DNA of 11,372 nucleotides from a bacterium (GTDB lineage Bacteria; SZUA-182; DTGQ01): NCBI GenBank assembly GCA_040752695.1, contig JBFMGO010000020.1, positions 1 to 11,372 of the forward strand, read 5' to 3'. Shown piece by piece: positions 1 to 7,839 of this stretch (position 1 is its first letter; each line of letters starts with the position of its first letter). The notes under the pieces were generated by a model. It saw only the letters and a program-made list of their open reading frames with translations, ran no database searches and was not told where the DNA came from. The position numbers and the translations under genes were made by a program.

Positions 1-11
1 GGACAATTCAT
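1..11 (-). CDS. 5' end of a divergent gene running off the window (M-N-C-P..., possibly a CxxC zinc-ribbon start)
   Basis: CAT at 9-11. The minus strand reads AAAAGGAG (18-25), a 6-nt spacer, then ATG AAT TGT CC. Only about 4 codons are visible, so the product cannot be assigned. Confidence 0.5.
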
Positions 12-632
12 TATTGGCTCCTTTTCAGAAGTTTTATCGCTTAGAAGTAACTCTAATGAATTGTCGTCTACTTTCCTCACTCTATCCGGAAAAATCCTCC
101 AGCATTACTTGTTTATCACTACCAAAAAGGGATGTGATGGCTAAGGTATATGAGCGAAAATTTTTCAATAATTATAATATATATATAATAACCTGTATTT
201 TATTCAATAGTCAAATATATAGTAAAATAAAATTTAACTTTATCTATAATCCTTCCAGCAATTATAGAGATCCCGGTGTAAAAGGTTCAGGCATGCCTTG
301 CCAAAACTTCCTGCCTGCAATAAAACATATTGCCCCTGATGATCCCGGCTTATACTTTTTTTCTTTGCTTATGGTGGCATCTTTATGATAAAGATATTTA
401 CTATACTCGCTGGATATATTATACTTTTCATATTGATAAGGGTTCGAGTACTCCCATGCGGTTTGATCTGACAGGCCGTTTTCTTATCCCTGCGGCGTTG
501 AAGTATATCCATACTAAAAACACGCTTACTGTAAGAACACCTTTAGCAGTTTATAAATCCTGCACATGAATAAACCTTGCATATTTACAGGAATTGTAAA
601 AAATATTTCGAGAAAGGAACAAACGAGTCATT

Positions 633-3600
633 ATGCCAAGAATCAAGGATCTGATACAGGTTCCCGAAATCAGGACAGTGATCAGGCTGTCGGATGTTTA
701 TGATCAGGGGCTTAGAAGGTCCCTCTTTCAGAATTTTGTCCTGACCGGAGAAGTTGCCGATATACTTCAGAACCTTCTGTCTTCGGTTCAGCGGGGGAAA
801 GGGGAGGGTGCCTTTATCCAGGGCCACTTCGGTTGCGGGAAATCTCACCTCTTAAGCATCCTGAGCTTGCTCCTCCAGGAGGAGACGGATGCCTGGCAGT
901 CCCTCCTGGAGCAAAAGCAAGCCTTGCAGGAATATTACGATGCCCTGCGGAAAGACCGTTACCTGGTGCTCGATATTTCTCTGGTGGCTTGCAGTCAGAC
1001 GGAATCTTTAGAGGAGATTGTGCTGCGCCACCTCGATGGAAAGATCCAGGAGCAGTTCGGGGAGAACCTGACCTTTCACGATCCGCAAAGATTCCTGGCC
1101 GATATGAAGCTCCTCATCTCTCAGCACTACAGCACGGAGTGGGAGGAATTCAGCAGGAAAAGGCATATTTCTTTAGATGATATCCCGCAGGCATCGCCTG
1201 GCCGCTCAGGAGATACCATGCCTGACTCTTCATCAGGATCTGGTCCTGATGAAGAGTCAGATCCTGATGAAGGATCAATCCCTGCCCCTGACCTTTCAAA
1301 AACCATAGTCTTAATCCATCGCTTTTTAGGCCAGATCAATCTGCCCTATCACCTTCGCTTCCATCGCCTTCAGGCATTCGACCGGCTGGGGAAACTCTTT
1401 GGCCGTCATCGCATCCGGGGCCTGATCATTCTTTTGGATGAGTTATCCGAGTTTCTCAATTCCAAAAAGGAAGAGCCGGGCTTTCATGAGGACATCCGCT
1501 TTTTGCAGTTTCTGGCAGAGGGAATTCCGAATACTGCCAAAGCATCATCTTCATACCCGATCTGGGTGATCGGAACGGTTCAGGAGTATATCGAGGACAC
1601 CGCCCAGCTTCCTCAGGATTTATTCAACAAAATCAAAGACCGCTATCCTCTTCGCCTCTCTTTGACCGGCACCCACATCGAGGATTTGATCAGCGAAAGG
1701 CTGATTCAAAAAAAGCCCGGCAGTCAGGAGGTTATTCGCTCCTTCTATCAGGAATACAAGTCTGCCTTCACTACCCTGCCCATCTCCGAGGAGCGTTTTG
1801 TGCGGCTCTATCCAGTGCACCCCGCGACCATCGATCTTCTGGATGATCTTAAGTCTTTGTTTTCGCAGCAGCGGGGCGTAGTGGATTTCATCTATCATCA
1901 GGTCCGGGGCGGCGATTCTGCCTCCAGGGGCGGCGATTCTGGCTCCAAGAGTGGTGATTCTGCCACCACGGACGGCACTCTGCCCGGTACTCCGTCCGGC
2001 ATTCTGGAGGAAGAGGCGGGTTACCTGCTCACTGCGGACAGGATCTTCGATCATTTCCTGCCCCGCATCCAGGGCAGGGTGGAAACGAATCCCTATGTCA
2101 GAACGGTCTTCAAGTACTTCACCAACGAGATAGAAAAGATCCTGCCTGACCCCGAGCAGCAGCCCCTTGGCCTGCAGATCATCAAAATCCTGATTCTTCT
2201 TGCCATCTGCCCGATGAAGAAAAAATACACCGTGCGTCAGATTGCCGAAACTCTGCTCCATAAGATCACTGACCTTGAGTCCTCCATAAACTACGAATAC
2301 ATCCGTGAGATCCTCGATCAGCTCTACCAGAAGGGCTCTTACCTGAAGCTTGTGGAAAAGGGCGCGGAAAAGGGGGGTGGTCCCGGCGAGGATGTTCTGG
2401 CCATTGATCTTGAAGCTGATTTTCACCTCATTGTGGCCAATAAGCTCGAGAGTATGAGGCAGAGCGTGGCCAAAGAGGACCCCAGGCTCTTCTATCATCT
2501 TGGCCGGTCCCAGGACCTGCTCCACCTGCCTCTTGGCCGTTTCATCAGCCAGGGAAGCTGGCCGCAGACCATGAAATGGCAAAACACGGGGCGTGAGGGC
2601 CGCATCGTGCTGGCGCAACTGGATGAATTTCCCAAAGAGGAGTTCCGGGAAGTTATCAGGCAAATCCAGCACACAGAGCTCGATTTTGCCTTCCTGATCG
2701 GCCCGACCCACAATCCTTCGAACCAGAAAGAAGCGGTCTTCGAGCACCTGGCACCAGCCATACCTTCGAGCTCGAAGCCCGTGGTTTTCTTCTGGCTGCC
2801 CGCCGAGATCGAAGACAAAGGATTCATGCGCCTTGCCCTGTGTCATCAGCTTTTATGGGAGAAATACTCCGACGATCACAGCGAACTGGGAAGGCAGGTA
2901 TATCAGTACCTGCAAGGCCAGGTCGAAGCCAATCAGAGCAGGATCAAGGAGGAATTCACCCGCGCCTATTTCGGGGGAACGATTGTCGATGGCTATCTTC
3001 AGCCGGTGGTGGACCTCACATCCCTTGGCTCACTGGCTTTTGGCAGGCTCCTCGATACCCTGATCACGCAGGGGTTGAACTGCCGGTTTCCCAGGCACAA
3101 GGGGATTGCTCCGGGCATCGAGTATATCCAGCGGGGAATTATCCAGGAAGCCATCGACACCTTTTTGACCAGGGGGGAAATCACCTTCGGCTACCAGGAG
3201 CAGCAGGGGGTGAGGGCGCTCATCGAGGGGTTTTTGCGTCCCATGGACCTTGTGGCGCGCACGGCAACCAGCAGCTTTCGCCTGCGCCTCGATACCAGGA
3301 AAAATGCCCTGATAAGCCATGTCCTTTCGCTCATTCAGAGTGATCAGGAGCCCTTTGACCGGCTTTACTGGCTGCTGCGAAAAGGCGAGTTGGGCATGAC
3401 CCGCCTGCAGTTCGAGCTCCTCAGCCTCAGCCTGATCTTCGGCGGGCTTTTGACCCCTTACGTCAATCAGAAGCGAAAGCCGCTTGACCAGATTACCATC
3501 TATAACCTGGACAAAATCACGGCAGTGGGCAAGGGCGAATTGATCCAGCCCGAGCTGCAGGCGCTCTTGCAGGAGCTTCCTTTTTTGCCTAAAAAATTTC

Positions 3601-4850
3601 AGGGAGAATACTCCCTCCCTCTCCAGGAGGAAATTTGGGAATTTTTGCGCAAACTGCAAGAGGAAGAGCAGGAGAATATCCTGATCGCCAACTCCCGGCT
3701 CACCCGCCTGGAACACCGCGGCGAGTTTGCCTGTCTTGGCCCTGAAGGGCTCGATCGGGCCAGAAAGGTTCTTGACTCAGTGGCCCGGCTCTGGATAAGC
3801 ATTGACTCCAAGCTGCCTGCACGGCAGGGACTTTCTCAGTTTCTGACCCAGTACCGGGAGTCTTCCGATTACGGCCAGAACCACAGCCAGAACTATAAGC
3901 TGTGGACAGAGCTGCAAACCTTCCTGCTGCAAAAGTATGACCGCTTCCTGCACATGTACCACTACCTTACCCATCCGGCTCTCTTCATTCCCGAAGAGCG
4001 GATCGACCTTTTCACCCTGCATGGTGAAATGAAGGAGCTTCTTTCCAATACCTATCTTTTCTTTTCGGAGAGCTGCTTTTCAGATCTTGCAACCAGATTC
4101 GACAGCTTTGCCGAAAGCTACAGGATCGCCTACCAAAAAGGGCACCAGGAATTTTCCGCAGGCACGCTCTTTACCCCTTACGAAAAGATCAGGCTTTCCA
4201 GGCAATATTTACTCTTAAAGCGGCTTTCCAGGATCAGCTACATCTCGGTCAAGGACGATCTTGGCAAGGTGGACAGAATGCTGACTGCGATCCTGAGCCA
4301 GCGATGCCCTCGGTCGCAAAGCCCTCTTGAAGGCGATGAACATGTGCAGAGTGTGCCATCCTGCTCATCCTGCGGCTACCAGCTTGGCCAGCGGCCGAAT
4401 CTGCCTCCCGTGGCCGGGATCGAGGCCCTGCTGGAGGCAGGCATCGGTCAGTACCTCCAGGCATTTCAGGAAGAGGAATACCGCAGAAGGATTATCCCTT
4501 CTATCCTGGCTATGGAAGAGATCGGGCGAAAGGGTGAGGCGGACTGTATCCGGCAGTTGCTTGACCTTGGCGAAGAAACCGGGCAGGGGGGAAGTAGCGA
4601 CCGGCTTTTTGACCGTCTGGATGAACTTCTTTCCGATCAGGCTGTCGGGGCGATAAATGAAGCCTTTCTCGGCAAGGTCAGTGTAGTCCGCCGGAATCTG
4701 GATCAATTATACGAAAACCTGATCGACCGTCAGTTCCCGCTGGAAAAATTGCAGGACCTCTTCCGGGAATGGGTTCTGGGAGGCGAAAGGCTGGAGGGGC
4801 AGACATATATTAAGATAACCGGTGATAAAAAAAAGACCACTGACACCTGA
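633..4850 (+). CDS. Large P-loop ATPase, DUF6079 / BREX BrxC(PglY)-like
   Basis: 1405-aa ORF. N-terminus IKDLIQVPEIRTVIRL, Walker A GHFGCGKS (822-845), Walker B LIILLDELSEFL (from 1422), family-like motifs KIKDRY and FVRLYPVHP, and a C-terminal Cys cluster C...PSCSSCGY. Recognised from recalled family motifs. Confidence 0.8.
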   Translation: MPRIKDLIQVPEIRTVIRLSDVYDQGLRRSLFQNFVLTGEVADILQNLLSSVQRGKGEGAFIQGHFGCGKSHLLSILSLLLQEETDAWQSLLEQKQALQEYYDALRKDRYLVLDISLVACSQTESLEEIVLRHLDGKIQEQFGENLTFHDPQRFLADMKLLISQHYSTEWEEFSRKRHISLDDIPQASPGRSGDTMPDSSSGSGPDEESDPDEGSIPAPDLSKTIVLIHRFLGQINLPYHLRFHRLQAFDRLGKLFGRHRIRGLIILLDELSEFLNSKKEEPGFHEDIRFLQFLAEGIPNTAKASSSYPIWVIGTVQEYIEDTAQLPQDLFNKIKDRYPLRLSLTGTHIEDLISERLIQKKPGSQEVIRSFYQEYKSAFTTLPISEERFVRLYPVHPATIDLLDDLKSLFSQQRGVVDFIYHQVRGGDSASRGGDSGSKSGDSATTDGTLPGTPSGILEEEAGYLLTADRIFDHFLPRIQGRVETNPYVRTVFKYFTNEIEKILPDPEQQPLGLQIIKILILLAICPMKKKYTVRQIAETLLHKITDLESSINYEYIREILDQLYQKGSYLKLVEKGAEKGGGPGEDVLAIDLEADFHLIVANKLESMRQSVAKEDPRLFYHLGRSQDLLHLPLGRFISQGSWPQTMKWQNTGREGRIVLAQLDEFPKEEFREVIRQIQHTELDFAFLIGPTHNPSNQKEAVFEHLAPAIPSSSKPVVFFWLPAEIEDKGFMRLALCHQLLWEKYSDDHSELGRQVYQYLQGQVEANQSRIKEEFTRAYFGGTIVDGYLQPVVDLTSLGSLAFGRLLDTLITQGLNCRFPRHKGIAPGIEYIQRGIIQEAIDTFLTRGEITFGYQEQQGVRALIEGFLRPMDLVARTATSSFRLRLDTRKNALISHVLSLIQSDQEPFDRLYWLLRKGELGMTRLQFELLSLSLIFGGLLTPYVNQKRKPLDQITIYNLDKITAVGKGELIQPELQALLQELPFLPKKFQGEYSLPLQEEIWEFLRKLQEEEQENILIANSRLTRLEHRGEFACLGPEGLDRARKVLDSVARLWISIDSKLPARQGLSQFLTQYRESSDYGQNHSQNYKLWTELQTFLLQKYDRFLHMYHYLTHPALFIPEERIDLFTLHGEMKELLSNTYLFFSESCFSDLATRFDSFAESYRIAYQKGHQEFSAGTLFTPYEKIRLSRQYLLLKRLSRISYISVKDDLGKVDRMLTAILSQRCPRSQSPLEGDEHVQSVPSCSSCGYQLGQRPNLPPVAGIEALLEAGIGQYLQAFQEEEYRRRIIPSILAMEEIGRKGEADCIRQLLDLGEETGQGGSSDRLFDRLDELLSDQAVGAINEAFLGKVSVVRRNLDQLYENLIDRQFPLEKLQDLFREWVLGGERLEGQTYIKITGDKKKTTDT
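1222..1272. repeat. Perfect 17-bp inverted repeat inside the ATPase CDS, with a third alternative arm
   Basis: ctgactcttcatcagga (1222-1238) is the exact reverse complement of tcctgatgaagagtcag (1244-1260). In addition, 1228-1242 is the exact reverse complement of 1258-1272. Confidence 0.95.
1906..1968 (+). repeat. 3 x 21-bp in-frame tandem repeat
   Basis: ggggcggcgattctgcctcca / ggggcggcgattctggctcca / agagtggtgattctgccacca, encoding RGGDSAS-RGGDSGS-KSGDSAT. Confidence 0.9.
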
Positions 4851-4855
4851 TGAAG

Positions 4856-6535
4856 TTATCTTGATCCTGTCCCTTGTCCTGTCGTGACTTCAGCCTGAAG
4901 CTTTCCATATCTGGGAACCCAGCCGTTAAGGTCATCGGCCAGGTTTCTCAGGCTCAGAATCGTGGTTTCGCACTTTTTGGTTGTAAAGACCAGATTCACG
5001 ATAGTACCGCTTACTCCCTGGTCGATGCTGCTGGCCACGGCATCGAATCCTCCAACCTTCAGGGTATTGGTTCCCGGCTGATGACTCACATCGAAGAGCG
5101 TAAAACTCTGGACCAGATTCCCTCTGCTGAATGACTTATAATCAAGAATGTTTTCGTCATAGCCCACTGTAAAAGCTATAGATCCTACCTTATTGGAAGC
5201 ATTATTCAGGATTACCGGAAAGATTACCTCCTGGCCAGGGCCGGAGCAAGACTGAGTGTCAATGCTCAGTGAACCTTTTTGAGCATCTTCGGGTGTGGGA
5301 GGGGGAGGTGTCACTATGATGTTGGGGTCATCCTGGGGCTGCATAGGAAGCTTCCATGGCCCTGGTCCTGGAGAGCCCCCTTGAACCTGTCCTGGAAGGA
5401 GAGAGGAGACGGATGATTGATCATTTTGGGAAAGAGCTCCGCTATTTGTACCTCTTGCATCGCTCCCCCCTGTTTTTGAATCTGGAGATGGAATGGTTAT
5501 CTCTCTGACATTATTGTATTGCCCTGGTGTTGATATCTGGACCGGGGTGCTGGTATTGGAATAAAGGCCAGATCCTTGCGATGGATTTCTAGTAGAAAAT
5601 ACGACACGACTTTCCTGGCTGTTACTGCTCTCATTGCCCGTGGCTTGAATACCGGAAAACAGGGTGCGGTCAGCCTTTGCCGTATTATCGGAAGCAGACA
5701 GCCTGGTTTGATTTGAGCCTGAAGTATACAGCCTGGTTTGATTTGAGCCCAAATTAGACCGATCGTTATTGACAGGAGCGTCGGAGGACAGGGTATGATG
5801 ATTATGACGATCGGAGGAGATGGACAGGGTATGATGAGAGGTCTTACTTTCCGCCGCCGGTTTGTCGTCTTCGAGTTGTGGTTTAAAAACTACGGTTGAC
5901 AGGTTTTCTCCTCCCTCTCTAAGTTCGGCACCCTGGCTGTTATCGCTTCCATCGCGTCCGGCGGCAATAAGGTGTCCATCGTGCACTGGCCAGCCCTGCA
6001 CATCGTCAGCCAGATTAGCCAGTTTGAGGGTGGCAGGTTTGTACTGCCTGATGACGAAGACGAGATCAGCAACTTCATCACTCGATCCTTGAGGGACATC
6101 GCCCAGGGCCATTACTCCGCCGATTCGCAAGGTACCGGCCTGATTGTGGCTGATATCGAACATATCGAACTCCTGCGTGAGTTTTCCCCTGACAAATCCT
6201 TTATATTCGAGAATGCTCTCATCATAGATAACCTCAAAACCCATAGCGCTTACTGCATTAGGAGCATTGTGCACCAAAACCGTGAATGTCACTTCATCTC
6301 CGACCGCCGTACAATCCCGGTCATTTATGATCAAGCCGTTCATCGTGAGCTCCGGGCTACTTGCACTCGTATCATTGGTTTCGGCCTGCTTTTCTTTGCT
6401 CTTTTCTCCGCTCACTTCTGGCAGGGTATTCCCCTGATGAATCTTCGCTGAGCAGCCCAGAAACAGGGAGGATGAAACAAGAAGAGAAAAACCCAGCAAA
6501 AATGGAATAAAAACTGTCCAATGTTTATTTTTCAT
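4856..6535 (-). CDS. Putative lipoprotein with two cohesin-like domains separated by a long S/T/N/Q/P-rich linker
   Basis: Signal peptide ending in FLG|C (Cys28) and perfect SD TAAGGAGGT (6545-6553). Two homologous ~125-aa beta-rich repeats (GDEVTFTVLVHNAPNAVSAMGFEVIYDESILEY...NLADDVQGW and GQEVIFPVILNNASNKVGSIAFTVGYDENILDY...NLADDLNGW) carry the cohesin-type F-x-V-x-YD-xx-ILxY pattern. Confidence 0.8.
   Translation of the reverse strand: MKNKHWTVFIPFLLGFSLLVSSSLFLGCSAKIHQGNTLPEVSGEKSKEKQAETNDTSASSPELTMNGLIINDRDCTAVGDEVTFTVLVHNAPNAVSAMGFEVIYDESILEYKGFVRGKLTQEFDMFDISHNQAGTLRIGGVMALGDVPQGSSDEVADLVFVIRQYKPATLKLANLADDVQGWPVHDGHLIAAGRDGSDNSQGAELREGGENLSTVVFKPQLEDDKPAAESKTSHHTLSISSDRHNHHTLSSDAPVNNDRSNLGSNQTRLYTSGSNQTRLSASDNTAKADRTLFSGIQATGNESSNSQESRVVFSTRNPSQGSGLYSNTSTPVQISTPGQYNNVREITIPSPDSKTGGSDARGTNSGALSQNDQSSVSSLLPGQVQGGSPGPGPWKLPMQPQDDPNIIVTPPPPTPEDAQKGSLSIDTQSCSGPGQEVIFPVILNNASNKVGSIAFTVGYDENILDYKSFSRGNLVQSFTLFDVSHQPGTNTLKVGGFDAVASSIDQGVSGTIVNLVFTTKKCETTILSLRNLADDLNGWVPRYGKLQAEVTTGQGTGSR
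5691..5749. repeat. 2 x 30-bp in-frame tandem repeat in the lipoprotein linker
   Basis: acagcctggtttgatttgagcc at 5698-5719 and 5728-5749, encoding GSNQTRL twice. Confidence 0.9.
5786..5837. repeat. 16-bp direct repeat, 36-bp period, in the lipoprotein linker
   Basis: ggacagggtatgatga at 5786-5801 and 5822-5837, encoding HHTLS twice. Confidence 0.85.
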
Positions 6536-6727
6536 GATCTTATAACCTCCTTAATAGAACCATGATTATAACCATAGAAAATTATATTATAAATCTTTTA
6601 ATAGTAAAATAACAAAAGAAATCTGCCTGAAGAATCGCATCAATCGCCTTTCTCCCTGACGCCCTGGAAGAATGCATAAGTATTGGGGGTCTCCCTCGCT
6701 TTGCGGGTAAGTACCTGAAAATACCTT

Positions 6728-6766
6728 CTTCCCTCTTTCCTTGAAAGAGGGGATGGGGGGATTTTT
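6728..6766. repeat. REP-like intergenic hairpin element
   Basis: 9-bp stem ccctctttc (6731-6739) / gaaagaggg (6743-6751) followed by gatggggggatttt. This resembles the widespread AAATCCCCC-N-CCCCCCTTT-N-AAAGGGGG intergenic repeat class. Only one copy is in the window. Confidence 0.55.
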
Positions 6767-6915
6767 AGATCCTCTTGCCGGGATAGCCTCTTTTTTTGCT
6801 CATCCCTGGTAACAACATGGGGGCTAAGGAATAGATATATTGATATTACTGTAAAACTGATCCTCACGCAAGGAAATATTTACAGGGAAAAACTTCCTGC
6901 CTTGTCGAACGAGGT

Positions 6916-7680
6916 TCAGCCTTCCAAAGGGGGATCTTCGATATCGGCATCGGAATGAGTATCGCTGTCGATATTGGGGTCTCCTAAAATTTCTCTGAGA
7001 GCTGAGGGGAGTTTCCCCTTTTTCAGATCCGAGATTTTTTGAGAGATGCTCTCTTTCAAAGCTGGATCATCGGTATTTTGGTATATTTGAGTCAGAAAAC
7101 CAAGAGCTATATCTTTATGGCCGGCACTGGCATAAAGGCTGGCCGCCAATTTTGGCAGATAGGGAGGGTGGCCAGGCAGGGAGGCTGCCCTGGAAATATA
7201 GCGGGCCGCAGTTTCGGGGTCTTTGAGATAGAAAAAGTAGTTAAATCCCAGATAAAAGGGCAGCCGCCAATAATCAGGATGATGGTGGATTCCTTTCTTT
7301 AACAGTGCGTTACTTTGCTGAACATCTCCTTCTTCTATGGAGAGAACTACTGCGCCGAATTCATAGGGCAGTTGAAAATATGGATCCAGTGTGGTAGTTA
7401 AATCCAGAATATGGTACAGCCACGGATAGCTTTTATCCGTTAAGCAATGGCTGCCAAAGTAGCAGACCACCTTGAGCCAGAAAAGGTCCGCTGTCATTTG
7501 CTGATATCCGATCGTCAATGGTTTCAGATACTTTCCCGATGGGAGGTAGAGCAGAGTCTCAGGATTGCCGGAGGGAGAGATGATCTCGATCTTCTTTTGA
7601 ACCCGATAGCCCAAAAAAACAGCTCCGGCCAGTATCAAGAGGAAAAAAACCTTTGGTCCTGACAGCAGATTTCTTTTCAT
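6916..7680 (-). CDS. Pilus-locus-associated TPR membrane protein, similar to Myxococcus PilG / Geobacter XapA type
   Basis: N-terminal TM helix; motifs ADLFWLKVVCYFG, TTLDPYFQLPYEFGA and HPDYWRLPFYLGFNYFFYLKD followed by TPR-like helices; located downstream of pilA. Confidence 0.7.
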   Translation of the reverse strand: MKRNLLSGPKVFFLLILAGAVFLGYRVQKKIEIISPSGNPETLLYLPSGKYLKPLTIGYQQMTADLFWLKVVCYFGSHCLTDKSYPWLYHILDLTTTLDPYFQLPYEFGAVVLSIEEGDVQQSNALLKKGIHHHPDYWRLPFYLGFNYFFYLKDPETAARYISRAASLPGHPPYLPKLAASLYASAGHKDIALGFLTQIYQNTDDPALKESISQKISDLKKGKLPSALREILGDPNIDSDTHSDADIEDPPLEG

Positions 7681-7839
7681 ATACCCCCCCTGTTTTTCTG
7701 GACGCCGGTCAATGGATGCTCCTTGATGAATGGTATTGTGCTCATTCTTTATGACCGGCAGCTTACCGTCTGCATGTTGTCTTTTTCTTTCTGCACGGTG
7801 TCTTTTTCTTCAGATCGCTTAATATCGCCGGATCGCTCT

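Noticed and set aside
219..230. atagtaaaataa shared with 6601-6612 as a common regulatory motif
   Set aside because: A low-complexity AT-rich 12-mer in AT-rich intergenic DNA that can plausibly recur by chance.
14..569. ORFs 14-388 and 330-569
   Set aside because: They cross AT-rich promoter-like DNA, have no convincing SD or recognisable motifs, and the first overlaps the SD of the divergent gene.
1180..2000. Intein or selfish domain in the ATPase
   Set aside because: The inserts are only about 25-40 aa and low-complexity, with no intein splice motifs (C/S start, HN-C/S/T end).
1620..3716. Long antisense ORFs (408 aa and 228 aa)
   Set aside because: Codon-register shadows of the GC-rich ATPase gene with no recognisable domains.
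6640..6867. 75-aa ORF
   Set aside because: It translates through the REP-like element (IPPSPLSRKEG) and has no SD or domain support.
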